Shown here piece by piece: positions 50,278-63,507 of a stretch of DNA of 64,000 nucleotides. Positions within the stretch are counted from its first letter, which is position 1. Every line of letters starts with the position of its first letter. The position numbers and the translations under genes are program-made. Source of the DNA: Tricharina praecox (taxonomy: Eukaryota); assembly GCF_024521635.1 (NCBI RefSeq), contig NW_026250418.1:496001-560000 (forward strand). The letters are read 5' to 3'. A model generated the notes under the pieces. The model worked only from the letters and a program-made list of their open reading frames with translations. It was not told the DNA's origin and made no database searches.

Positions 50278-52042
50278 AATTGCAGTCCACTGCTGTTTTC
50301 AAAAGCACCACCATTGTTGTTGATAATGAAGTTTCATATTGCTTTCGTCTGCTTGGCCATTTACGGGATTTCCTTTTTCACTATTCTTTCCTTTTTTCGT
50401 CTCCCATTTTTAATCCTGCTCTTTTATTTGGCCCGTGGTGTGCTACTTCTTCTTCTTCCAAGTACTTACTGATCGATCGACTTACTGCTACTGGGCGAGG
50501 AGGGGAACAGGAGGAGAGATAATCCGACGCAGGTGTTTACAACGAATTACGGAGTGGGGGGGGGGGACGGGGGGACGGGGAGGTGAGGTTCTACCTATTT
50601 ACACAAGTATGTACTTGGGTACACGATATCTAGAAGGGGTTACAGGCGCTATATTTTATTTTTCTCCATCCATTCGCATTATCTTTTTTCTTTCCTGGCC
50701 CCTAGTTGTGTTGTGTTGTGTTTGGTTTGGTTTAAGCAGCTTTTTCCTTGCCTGCCTGCTCTGTGGTCGTCGACTTTTTTACTTTTTGATTTCGATTTCA
50801 TTGTTACTGACTGACTCGACTGTATCTATGATGGACAATGGTGCGAGGTGGGAGGTGGTGGGAGGTGGTAGTGGTATGGGCAATGGAGGTGGATGTGGCT
50901 GTGGATAGGAACGTGGATAGGGATAGGACGTGTTTGTACTGATACTCTGCTACCGTATAACGTCCTGATGAACAATGGATTCAAATGATTGATTATGATT
51001 CGAGCACAAATGGCGCGCCACTGAGAGAATTGCGAATACCTTCATATGATGAAGGGTAGATTAATCTCATTGCCAACCCGCCAGGCCGGAAATCTGATGT
51101 AACAGCGGCAGGGGAAAGTCAGCGAAAAGTCGGGACGTCCAAACAGCGTTCGGATCCGAGTTGTGTGTATATCTCACCGCTCGGCGCTCACGATCTTGGT
51201 ACTCGAGAGTCGAGATTAGGTTGGCTCGGCAGGTACGTACCCTATCATACAGGGTAATTATACTCGGCGGTTAAAAACGTCATCATTCCAATCCCAATTC
51301 CTTAGCCAGCCTAGCCCACCTATAATAGCCCAGCTCGCGCGGTTGGCTGGGCTGGGCTGGGGCCGCTAGGTGGTGGGTGCTGGGGTACTTAGAGTACCTT
51401 AGAGTAGATAGGGTGGGTTGGCGTGGTAACGTGTGCGAGCCCAAGCAAAGCAAAATACCAGCCTCCAGGTTGCTTGCCAACACACTTGGCTGCTGCGAGC
51501 GACCGACCGCGCGACAAGCCTCAGTCAGTTCGCCGTCAAGACTCGAGCCGCCGCCGCGCCCTATCTATCACAGTAGAGTGGAGTACGGCTTGGACGTTCT
51601 GCCTGCCTGCCTCCTTTTTATTTCGTTTTCGGGGTTCTTTCCTTTCTCTTGACTTTCCGTTGTACTGTAGTGTACAGTTGTGTACTTCTACTTCTACTTC
51701 TTCTACTTGTACTTCTACGTCTTCTACAACTTCTTATCAACCAGTGAGCAAGTCCTGCATATTGCGTTTTGCGGGGGGGGGCAAAGGTTGCATTCGAGCA
51801 TTCAAGCATTCGAGAGCGCGTCGATCATCGATCATCGAATTGTACGTACCTACCTCCTACGTGCAGATTTTCTTCCGCATGGAGGCATGAATGGCGGGGC
51901 GCAGAGGTGGAATACTGTGGACTGTGGAGGGGTTGATCGCTGACTTCTCGACTTGTGTGCGGCCTCCAGATCCAGCTCAATACCCATATCCAGATCCATA
52001 ACCCATCCATAACCATCTCCTCGCCCCACCGCGACCGAGCCA

Positions 52043-54742
52043 ATGTCACCCTACACCGTCCCCTCCGGTTCCTCCGGCGAAGTCGAGCGTCCACGAGAAT
52101 CACACCGCCACAGCACGCGCCGCCAAAGCACACACCGTCAAAGCCAGAGCACGCATCGCCAAAGCCAGAGCGCGCACCACTCTCGCTCGCGCTCTCGCGA
52201 CCCCCGGCGCGACGACCGGCGCGAGCGGAGTCCTCGGAAGACGACGACAACAACGACTACAACGACGAGAATTGTGGCAGCGGCGGCACCGGCAGCGGCG
52301 GCGGCGAGGGCGAAAAGTGGTCACTCGCGCTCACGGTCGAGACATACGAATGCACGCGCACAGTCGCAGTCGCGCGCACACGCACACGAGTATGAGCCGC
52401 TGCAGCCGCAGCCCACGGTCCGCGCGGTGGGGAGTGAGCGCCCGACGAAGAAGAGCGGCGGGGGTGGCGGGGGCGCGGTGAGAGGGGGGGCGGCGGCGGA
52501 ACCGCGGTATACGCTTGTTGATGGGGCTGGTGATGATGACGGCGAGGGGGAGGGGGAGCGGGGGAGGGGCGGGGGCAGGGGCGGGGACCGAGGGCGCGAT
52601 GGGAAGCGGAAGAAGAAGCCTGTGCCTGTGCCCGCCGCGGCAGAGGGGAAGCAGAGGAGTCGCTCGCATAGGCGTGGGGGTGCCGGCGCGGCGGCGGCGC
52701 TTGTTGGGAGTGGGAGTGGGGGTAAGGGCAAGAAGAAGAAGAGGCCGATTTCGGCGGATTCCGAGGAGTCTGGCGAGGTGCCTGCGAAGAAGAAGAGGCG
52801 GTGTGGTCGCTGTTTTTGTGAGTCACTCGGTTTTCATCTGCTACTGCTGGTGGTGGTGCTGGGGGAGTGTGCGCTGACGGATGCGGATTAGGGATCATGA
52901 TCCTTTTGACGGTGCTGCTGCTGGTCATTCTCATTCCGGTTGGGGTCGTCGTGGCGAAGAAGAAGAAGGATGCGAATACGGCGGACAGCGGTACTTCGAA
53001 GCTGGGAGAGGAGAGCGCAAGGCCGGATAAGAATTCGATTCCGGTATGCATGCCCCATTCATGGAGAATCACGCGGGTTTTGAGGGCGGGGGTGCTGACG
53101 GTGATGCCAGTCGGAATACAAAAACACTTACCTTGATCCATGGACCTGGCTCGATACTACGGGCTTCAACACCTCGTTCACCACCCAAACCGTCGGAGGG
53201 CTGTCGGTCATGGGACTCTACGACAGCTACGACGACACGACCCGCGCCAATGAACATGTACCGCCGTTGAACGAGCCGTTCCCTTACGGCGAACTGCCTA
53301 TCCGCGGCGTCAATGTGGGTGGCTGGCTCCTAATCGAGCCGTTCATCACCCCATCGTTCTTCAAGAAGTACGCGGCAAGCCGGGGAGTCGTCGATGAGTA
53401 CACGCTCAGCAAGGAGCTTGGGGCGACGGACGCGAAGCAGACGATCGAGACCCACTACAGGGACTTTGTGAACGAGGACACCTTCAAGGAAATCCGTGAC
53501 GCGGGGCTGGATCACGTTCGCATTCCGTTCGGATACTGGGCTATCGAGGTTTTTGACGACGACGCGTTCCTGCCGAAGGTATCGTGGAGATACCTCCTGC
53601 GCGCGATCGAGTGGGCACGGAAGTATGGGCTCAGAGTGAAGCTCGACCTGCATAGTGTGCCGGGAGGAGCGAACGGTTGGAATCACAGCGGCAGACTCGG
53701 ACGGATGGAGTGGCTCAACGGTGATCGAGGCGAGGAGTTTGGAAATCGAACACTCAAGATCCACACGCAGCTCGCGACGTTTTTCTCGCAGCCACGCTAC
53801 AAGAACATCGTCACCATGTACGGCCTCGTCAACGAGCCGCGGATGATCCTCCTCGACGCAGATAAAGTGATCGCGTGGACCGAGGAAGCGTACAAGGTGG
53901 TGCGCGACAATGGCTACGAGGGGAAGATCATCTTCGGTGATGGATTCCGAGGGTTGGGCACTTGGAAGGGCGAGTTCACGGGGCTCGACGGCATGGTGCT
54001 CGACGTCCACCAATATGTCATCTTCAACACGGCGCAATTATCCCTCACCCATAGCAAGAAGATTTCCTTCGCGTGCAAGGACTGGGGCAACCAGATGGAT
54101 GCAAGCATGGATACCTCCTCCGGGTGAGTGAATTCTTCGAAACAACAACGGGCTTATTCCCCTGTAATAAACGAGCGACGTCGCTAACGGACGAATATAG
54201 GTTCGGTCCGACTATCGTCGGTGAATGGGGTCAGGCCGATACGGATTGCACAGAGTACCTCAATAATGTAAGCGCTGTTCCCCCGGACCGTCGATCATTG
54301 TCCCATACTGATTTGTGCGAATAGGTCGGTGTTGGCTCTCGCTGGGAGGGAAAATTGGATGTGGATGCCAAAGCCGAGCAGATCCTCAGTCCTCAGTGCT
54401 CGACCGGCAAGAACTGCAGTTGCACGATGCCTAACGGAGATCCTGACAACTACACGGACGAGTATAGACAATTCCTCTTGATGTTCGCGGAGGGTATGTC
54501 TAGCAATTCCTCCCCCTGATTGATGGCGGACTCTGACTGATTTGTTATCAGCCCAAATGAATGCGTTCGAGCGCGGATGGGGCTGGATGTACTGGACCTG
54601 GGACACCGAGAGCTCGCCGCAGTGGTCCTACAAGAAGAGTATCGCGGCAAAGATCATGCCGCAAAAGGCGTACGAGCGCGACTTCAACTGCGACACTGAC
54701 GTGCCCGACTTTGGTGTGCTGGGCCTGGCAGAGACCAATTGA
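52043..54742 (+). CDS. exgD: Type II membrane GH5 glucan 1,3-beta-glucosidase (ExgD-like)
   Basis: Exons 52043-52817, 52892-53043, 53111-54123, 54201-54267, 54325-54493 and 54552-54742. Basic low-complexity N-terminus, TM helix WIMILLTVLLLVILIPVGVVV, IRGVNVGGWL, DHVRIPFGYW, catalytic NEP and GEW, and GWMYWTW. Confidence 0.9.
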
Positions 54743-56161
54743 TGATGATCACTCTTCTTTTTTTTTCTTTTTTTCGCTCTTTCTCTTTCTGTTGCATTTT
54801 CGGCCGGGAGTTTTTTGATTTTTGGGGGGGGGGTAGGTGTCTGCTTGCTTACTTACGAACGAACACAACGAACGCGGGAGTCCACGAAGAGAGAGAGAGG
54901 GGGGTCGGGATTAATGAAGGACAGCGCAACGCAACGCACACACGGTCACGATGGGGAATATGGAAATGTGGAAACGAATCACGATGGTTACGACGGTTAC
55001 GATGGACGTATAGAAAGCGAAAGCGAAAAAAATTCTTTATTGGTTGGTTGTTGGTTGTGTCTTTTTTTGTCTCTTTTGTCTTTCTTCTTTTCTTTTTCTT
55101 TTCTTTTTTCTTTTTCTGTTCCATTTGTTCCGGATTCTTTCCCAAGCAGGGAGCGATGGAGCGATGGCGCGAAGGCTATTGGTGGGATGCGTGCGGACGG
55201 CTGGGAGTTTGCCGAAAAGGCGGAGAAGTGCCGCCGCCGGCCGTTTTTGCTTTGCTCCCTTTCCTTTCCGCCCATGAGCCAGCCAGCCAGGCACAAGGCA
55301 CCAGGCTTGGAGGGGGTTGGTGCGGGTTAGAGCACTCCTTAGACGAGATCCCCAGATTTTCGGCTCACTGTCGTCCTAGACAGGTAGGAGGTAGGGAGGT
55401 AGCTCAAACGGCTCTTCCGCTGCCTGCGGAGGGATGGATGGGACTGGGCTTGAATTCGGGATCTGGGACGAGTATGTACGGGCACGGGTACTCTTCTGGG
55501 CTGCTTTCCTTTCCTTCTTTCCGTACCGTAGTTACCGTACAAAGTACAAACGATGTACAAACGATGTAAAATAACGTCTGTAGATATGCCGAATATATGT
55601 ATGAGGAATACTAGTGCTATACTACCGGTATACTCTACTTTATGATGGCAGTTGTAGTCTTGTAGATACTTCATTCACCTACATAGGTGTGGAGGTGGAG
55701 ACATATTCATGCATATTCTACCCGACGTTCGTTTGCGAAGCCTGTTTTTTTTCTGGGAGAGCAGGGGGGACGGGACATAACGGCCAACAGTCAACGGCCA
55801 TCGTGAAGTTCAGCTTCCTTACCTCCTACCGACACAACTGCCCTAACCTTGGCTGGGCTGCATGTGATGTGTGATGTGGTGGGTGTCGTGGTGGGTGTCG
55901 TGGTGGGTGCCGACGGGTTGCTTTGCCTGTCCGGTCCAGCCCGCACCTAGAGTTGAGTACCGAATGCGGATGTTCAGCACGAGACCCACCCCACCGCCTC
56001 CACCCCTCAGCTCGAGGAGAGTAGAGTTTTGGGGACGGAAGAATTCTACAACAGGACGTGGATGTGGAGAAGCAGCCAGCTGCAGTTGCATCGCATCGGA
56101 TCGCAAGAAGGGAAGGGAAGGGGTGGGAGGGTGTGTACTGTGTACTACATCGAAAGCCGAG

Positions 56162-56195
56162 CCGATATCGTCCGGTCTTTCTCGGTCTTTCTCGG
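56162..56195. promoter_or_regulatory. Overlapping CCG-N7-CCG elements (AcuK/AcuM-type) upstream of PCK1
   Basis: CCGatatcgtCCG (56162-56174) overlaps CGGtctttctCGGtctttctCGG (56173-56195). Confidence 0.55.
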
Positions 56196-57923
56196 GGCGC
56201 AGCAGAAAATGGAAAAAATAAAAAGGCTCAAAATGTGAAACCGGTAGTGGTTGATAGACTGAACTGCACTGAATTGAACTGGCGGAACTGAACGAATCGA
56301 ACGGACGGAACTCACGGAGCTTCTTATTCGAGCGAGAAGAGGAACGTGAGTGAGTGAGCGACACTGTGACATTGTGACACCGGAAGTTCGTGGGCACTGG
56401 GGATTCCTAATGTACTCCATGTATGCGCGGTTTTTCGGAGGAGGCGGAGGCGGCGGAGGTGAGGGTGCTGCTGCTCGGTGGATGTATGGGTGTATGGATG
56501 GATGTATGGAGAACCCATGTCCGTGGATCGCGATTCCGACATCCACCACCACATCCACCTCCACCGCTACCACCACCACCACCACCACCACCACCACCAC
56601 CACCACCACCCCCAGTCTATGGCTGTAGAGTGCAGAACGGATTAATGCTATTGAAGCTTTCCCGACACATCTGCACGAGCCACCCATCTATCCACCCACC
56701 CATCCATCCATCCTCATACCCCCCCTCCCCCTCCCCCGCGCAATATCGTGAAGCTCGAGGGGCAAAGAAGTGCCTGTCTGCCTGACGGAATATCTCGTCT
56801 CAATCGCCAATCCCACTCATTCCCTTCCCCGTCCCTCTGTTTGTCTGCCACACACTGAGCTCGGGCTTGACAGGGTAGGGAAGGGGTGGGAAGGCAGTGC
56901 AGCACTGCAGCTGGCGGTTCGTTTCGTTCCGCGGTTTGTTTTCGTACGAGTACCGAAGTCCCTCGAGCGGGTTGGACTATCAGTATCTACTCTACTCTGC
57001 TCTATTCTAGGTGCTCGGTCGTATAGGGCCCTTTTCTATCTGATCTATCTTCTGGCAAGCAAGCACGCAAGCAAGGAGGGCCAAAGCCATCTCCACTATC
57101 TGCAAGCTGTGCTCCAACACCTTTTCTACAGTATCTCCTCTATCTTGTCCATCTTATCCCATCTTGTCCCATCTGTCCATCTTGCCATCTTGCCATCTCT
57201 CTCCGCTGTCCATCTGTCCAGCCCATACATCCATACTCTACCCGTATAGCTGGCCCGGCTGCCTGCAGTGCAGTGTGGGGGGCATTCGTATAGGGCCCGA
57301 GCTCAGTAATGATGCTGGCCGCGTTTTCGAGGTCCGGGGTGACGATGGCGATCAAGATCCCTCCGGCGGCTCCTGCCCTCGCCTTTGCCCCGATTCTTCC
57401 CGCACTCCGCAGTCGGTATGGGCTCGGTACGGCGGTCTGGCGAGCCTCAAGCTCTGCAAGCGCCTCGCGTCGTTGCCTCTGGTCGTCAAAGTTAATCCGG
57501 TTTCCTCCGACCGCAGCCAATGGCAGCTGTCGTAATCAACCGCGCTCGGCTGTCCCTCCTCTGCGTCCATCGCAGCAGCAGCTGCCACCCGTGTCTATGC
57601 GACTTCTGGCTTCGCAGCCGGCTGCTGTCCCTGGTCGGAATGCCTGTCACGACCGCCACCCACAGCTGGAACCCCGCCAACGGCATGGACTACAAATTGA
57701 GACCGCTGCCACCAGATTATCCCTTGTCCAGCATCGGAACCAGACGCCCGCAATACTACCTCCTACTACTGCTCCATCCTCCTCATCCTCTTCTCACTAC
57801 CACTACTTCCCCAGGATTAACCCCAGCCAACGCGCGCGATTAGTCCTACAGCCTTCCGAACCCGCAGTCCCCAGTTCTCGACATCCCCAGCCCTTGCCTA
57901 ATCCAGTCCCGACGTTCACGAAA

Positions 57924-60163
57924 ATGGCTTCCGAGAATACCTCAGGTTCGTCGTCTACCCACCATATAAGGACTGCTGGCTGGCCCCGTTCCTGACATCT
58001 CTCCGAACTCACAAGACACTCCCACCATCAACATCTCTTCCATCCCCAAGCTTGTTGCAGCTGCCGTCCCCTCCTCTTCGTCCACTCAGATCCAGCGTCC
58101 CGCCCAATTCCTCAGTCGTCCCGTCAAGAACACTGGAACAGCTACCGGAACTTCCACTCCCAACTACACCAAACGCACAATGGTTTCCATGACTCCCCAT
58201 TCCGTGAATCGCACCTCTCTCCACCCTCACGGTGTCCAGTACGTTCTTCTCCCAAAGGCTTTGGAGCTTCCCTGAGCTCTGCCCTAGCTTCTCCGGCAAC
58301 GGGGCCATGCTAACGTCACACCAACAGGCCTACCCGTGAGCACACCGAGATCGAGGAGGAGCTCCACGAGAACGCCAACATTGACTACGACCGTGTTGCC
58401 ATCGTTCGTACACCTTCAGTGTGTTGTGTTGGGAGCTCTTGGCTGACATCATTCGCTCTAGATCCAACATCCCTCTGTGGCCGCTCTTTACGAAGATGCC
58501 CTGGTTTACGAGAGCGGTTCCGCCATCACCTCTTCCGGTGCTCTGACTGCCTACTCCGGTGCGAAGACTGGACGTTCGCCGCAAGACAAGCGTATCGTCG
58601 ATGAGCCTTCATCCACCGACGAGATTTGGTGGGGCCCTGTCAACAAGAAAATGAGTCCCGAGGTAAGCTCCCTTGATATTAATCCCTGGTCGGTCTAGGG
58701 GCTTTGCGCCTAGACTCGGATAACCGTCGGTCACGTGTTAATGCCGCTTGCCCCACAGGTTTGGCTCATTAACCGAGAACGTGCCGTGGATTACCTGAAC
58801 ACCAGGAATCGCATCTACGTCGTTGATGGTTTCGCCGGCTGGGACGAGCGTTACAGGATCAACGTCCGTGTTGTCTGCGCCCGTGCCTACCATGCCTTGT
58901 TCATGCGTAACATGCTCATCCGCCCTTCGCCCGCGGAGCTTGAGCACTTCCACCCCGACTACACGATCTACAATGCTGGTTCCTGTAAGTGGATGGAACT
59001 ACTCTGCCATGATTGCATGTAGCGTGTGGCTGATCATCGTTTTAGTCCCTGCAAACAGGTTCACAACCGGTATGACCTCGTCCACTTCCGTGGCGATCAA
59101 CTTCGCCGAGAAGGAGATGGTTATCCTCGGTACGGAGTACGCCGGTGAGATGAAGAAGGGTATCTTCACCGTTCTCTTCTACGAGATGCCCGTCAAGCAC
59201 AATGTTCTCACCCTCCACTCGTCCGCGAACGAGGGCAAGAACGGTGACGTCACCCTCTTCTTCGGTCTGTCGGGCACTGGAAAGACCACCCTTTCGGCCG
59301 ACCCCCAGCGTGCCCTGATCGGTGACGACGAGCACTGCTGGAGTGATACTGGTGTCTTCAACATCGAGGGTGGATGCTACGCCAAGTGCGTCGGTCTGTC
59401 CGCCGAGAAGGAGCCCGATATCTACAACGCCATCCGTTTCGGATCCGTTCTCGAGAACGTCGTCTTCAACCCCGAGAACCGTGAGGTCGACTACGACGAT
59501 GTCACCCTGACCGAGAACACCCGTTGTGCCTACCCCATCGAGTTCATCCCCAACGTCAAGCTTCCTTGCATCTCGAGCGGCCACCCCACCAACTTGATTC
59601 TCCTGACTTGCGATGCCTCGGGTGTCCTCCCTCCCGTGTCCAAGCTCACCCCTGAGACTGTCAGCTACCACTTCATTTCCGGATACACCTCCAAGATGAG
59701 CGGAACCGAGCAGGGTGTCACCGAGCCCACCGCCACCTTCTCGGCATGCTTCGGTCAGCCCTTCTTGGCGCTGCACCCCATGCGCTACGCCGAGATGTTG
59801 TCAGAGAAGATCAAGGAGCACGGCGCCAACGCCTGGTTGGTCAACACCGGTTGGACCGGTCAGTCTGTCGCCAGCGGAGGCAAGCGTTGCCCCCTCAAGT
59901 ACACTCGTGCCATCCTCGACGCCATCCACAGCGGCGAGCTCGCCAACGCCGAGTACGAGAACTACCCGATCTTCAACCTGGCCATCCCCAAGAGCTGCCC
60001 CGGTGTCCCGAGCGCCATCCTCAACCCCCGCGGTGTCTGGAAGGGAACCGTCGACAACTACACCGAGGAGGCGGCCGGTCTCGCCCGCAAGTTCCAGGAG
60101 AACTTTAAGAAGTACCAGGACGGTGTCACCAAGGAGGTCATCGCCGCCGGTCCTCAGATCTAA
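57924..60163 (+). CDS. PCK1: Phosphoenolpyruvate carboxykinase (ATP)
   Basis: Exons 57924-57945, 58016-58238, 58328-58403, 58462-58662, 58759-58984 and 59046-60163. Motifs [41 protein letters not shown] and LVNTGW. A second in-frame ATG lies at 58180. Confidence 0.96.
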
Positions 60164-62748
60164 GTTTTTGGTTTCTTTTTGGAGGCGGGGTTGACAAAAG
60201 GCCGTTTTCCTTTTCTTTGTCTGGGATTTTCTTTTTTTTCATCTGTTTTGGGCGTATTAGAATGTGCTGCCCTGCCATGACATGGGATGTGGTAGGATTA
60301 GGTCGTTTTTTTTCTCTTTCTCTTTTATTTCCTAGCGATGGGTTTTCTGGCATTTCCTTTCTGTATGAGTTGCTATGTTTATAGTTTTCACGAAGTGTGT
60401 TCTAGGTTATGTTATGTAGTTGCATGCAACAGCTGGAATATGTGGAGGAAATTGTAGCTGGTTGAAACATTTTCACAACATTCTTCTCGCTTCATTACAT
60501 GCAAATGCAAAGTGATACATATCGTGATGAGTGAAGGGGGATGCATGTGCGATGCGGGGTGCAGGTTTCTACTCTATGGTAAGTAGTCTAAAGTGATGGA
60601 TCATGGGGGCAGGCTAGACATCCGAGGTTCGATGGGGATGGGGGATGGGCTGGGCTGCAGGTTTCGGTCGGGTGGACGATTGCTGTTTTGGGAGTGTAGG
60701 TTCCGGGAGGTTCTCGTTTCTCGTTTAACTACGGGATCCGGGGGGATACATATCCCATCACATCACATATGGACCTCATATGTATGCAAGCTGAGATGAG
60801 GACGAGATGCGAGGAGGGGGAGGATGGCAGCAATGCGTGAGTCGTGACTAGTCGTGACGACGGGGCACTGGGCGCTGGGGCAGTCTGGGGTAGTTTATGA
60901 CTTCGGGACTTCGGGAGTCCGGGAGTCCGGGATTGCCCGGCTTGTTTGGAGCTTGAACTTTGAACTTTGGCGATGCAGACAGCTACCCACGCACGTACGT
61001 AGGAGAGCCAGATGACGGCCATCTCTCTGAACTGACTGCTGGCTGCTGGCACAGGACACAGGACACAGGACAAAACTTCCGGATCATCGCTTTTTCCTCC
61101 TACGTACCTCATGCTCTATATTCCGGCCGACCGACCGTTGAGCTTCGGCTCATCGGCTCACCGTTGTCTCAGGCGAAGCTTTTTTCTTTCTTTTTTTCTT
61201 TTTCTTTCCCGAGGCACAATTTACATGCAAGAGGAGATCGGCGGTGATGAGGCGGCCCCGTTGCTCCTATGTAAGTACCTACGGTAGGTACCGGTATATA
61301 AACGACGGCCGCGCAGCAGCAGCACAGCACAGCACAGGATGTTTACCGATCAGATGAGGCTTTTTCGCGCTCCTGGGGCCCAGTGCAGGCTTGCTGCTCG
61401 TGTGTGCGTGCTTGCGTGCGTGCGGGATGTACGTGCTCTGGATAGATATAAAGTACTCACCTCAAGGGGAGGGAAGATGTTTCAGCCCTATCTACACGCC
61501 GTTGCCGTTTTATGTGCGCCAGGATGGAACTTAATAGATGTGTGAGGCAGACAGACCCGCCGTCATCGGCACCCGCTCGCTCGGATGATCTCGGAGCGAG
61601 CTTGTGAGCGCGGAGAGGTTCTTCAGCCCCCAGCACCAGCCTCAGGCTCCTACATAGGAAGCAGGGGGAAGTTACTCTGGGTAGGGGTGGCATCCATCCA
61701 TCTGGCATCGGGTGCCTCCGGGTGCCTACATTGTAGAGTAGAGTACACAGAGGGAAGAGGGAAGAATGTTTTTCCCCGCTGGACTCTGGACTCTAGAGTA
61801 GTGGATGGAAGAATGCACGCGAGGGGCTTGGTGGAGCGGATGGATCGCGTGTGCTCGGGGAATGAGCGCGGCTGTGCGGGGAACGGGAGTGCTAAATGTA
61901 GGAGGGACTCCGAGTGGGTATGGACTGGTAGTCTACTATTCGCAGATAAGGCTCGACTATCATTATCGGTCACTCGCTCGCTCGCTCACCAACGATGAGT
62001 AACCAGGTGGACCTGCGATCCAGTGCGGATGTACTCTACTCTATCATAGTAGGGTTGTCCAGGAGGTTATATTGCTTTCGATGGAGAAACGTCTTCGCTT
62101 AGGTACCTTCATAGTTACCGGCCAGTCCATCTCTATCACATCGACTGCCTGCGGTAGGTAATATCCACCGGCAGAAGTCATAAATGCGCAGCAGATCACA
62201 TATATTTATGGCCCGAGTCCGTCCGTGCCATTTCGGTTGTTTCGGTCGTTTCGCTCTGTGCTGCCCGAGAAACAAATTAAGTAGCTAAGACTGAATGCCT
62301 GAACTGAACTGGAGGCAATGTCCTGGGTGTGTGCAACATTACCCAAGAGCGCGGTAAATACTCCACCAATGATCGAACTCAGCACTATGTGTGCTATTGC
62401 TATGAGGTAGTACACAGCTCGAGTCTGTGACTCTGTGTCAGCCTCTAGGTTTATGATTTATTACAAATTCTGTATCACGGCCGAACCAGGAATCCAACAG
62501 CCGGTTCAGTTCACGCATGATCACTCGGCCGTAACCAGATTTGTAACGACCAATATCGTGAAAGCCATGAAATTCCACCGCCATAGACCAGATGGCGTAT
62601 GTGAATAGTTAGCAATCAACGTCAAGCCCCGCAGTGAAATTCTGAACCTGAAATTCTGAACCTGAACCCCCCGCCACGCCAAACCAAACCATTACCCACC
62701 CGCTATCTCCAGCCCACACCACACAGACGACACAGACGAGACGACCGA

Positions 62749-63147
62749 CTACCCAGCGCCCGCCGCCTCCACCGCCTCGTCCAGCAGGGCTTCACACTCC
62801 TCGAGCTGCGCCTCAAGCAGGTGCATCCAGAGGCCCCAACCCCCATCCCCATTCTTCCCCCCTCCTCCTCCGGCTTTGGACCACTCCTCCACCCACGTCC
62901 CCACCCCGCCCACCTCTCGCTGCAACGCGGCGAGCACCGCCTCGAAGCGGTTATAATGCAGCCTGAGCACACGCGTCGGCAGCTGCGGGTAGGCGTGTAG
63001 CAGCTGCGTCGAGAACTGGAGGATCGCGCGGCGCAAAGTCGTCGTGCGCGATAGCAGGCGGGTTAGGTATTTGCTTGTTGGTGATGGTGGGGGTTTGTGG
63101 GGATATGGATAGGGGGGACGGGGTGGGGGACGGGGTGGTTTACGCAT
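62749..63147 (-). CDS. Small orphan protein, Pro-rich start followed by a helix-like segment
   Basis: 132-aa ORF with plausible amphipathic helices (LRLHYNRFEAVLAALQREV, LWMHLLEAQLEECEALLDEAVEAA). No family recognised. Confidence 0.45.
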   Translation of the reverse strand: MRKPPRPPPRPPYPYPHKPPPSPTSKYLTRLLSRTTTLRRAILQFSTQLLHAYPQLPTRVLRLHYNRFEAVLAALQREVGGVGTWVEEWSKAGGGGGKNGDGGWGLWMHLLEAQLEECEALLDEAVEAAGAG

Positions 63148-63507
63148 ATTTACGGGGAGAGGCGGGGGAGACGGGGTGGTTTACGCATATTTACGGGGAG
63201 AGGCGGGGGAGACGGGGAGACGGGGGAGACGAAGGTGAAGGCGGGAGTATGAACGTGTGCTGATGTGCTGGGAGTGGGGTCATCTCGAAGGTGGAACGTG
63301 GAACTGGAACTGGAACGCGGAACTTGGAAGTTGGAAGTTGGGCGTGGTCACGGGACGGACGGCTTGGTGACAGGTTTCATGTCATCGAGGTTACTGAATC
63401 GCGAGTGATATTCCATCAATCATAAGGCATCCAAAACGTCCACTGTCGTCTATAACAAGTATGCATCTAAATCCAGTTCCATCTACATCATCTTCCCATG
63501 GTATCAC

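Noticed and set aside
36299..60163. ALT1, MTAP and PCK1 as a metabolic gene cluster
   Set aside because: They are interspersed with an unrelated esterase, kinase and glucanase and share no single pathway. Synteny data would be needed to claim clustering.
60161..60280. Stop-codon readthrough to a cryptic peroxisomal PTS1 in PCK1 (stop contexts of ALT1 and MTAP also checked)
   Set aside because: None of the three has a TGA-CTA readthrough context, and the PCK1 downstream frame does not end in an SKL-like tripeptide.
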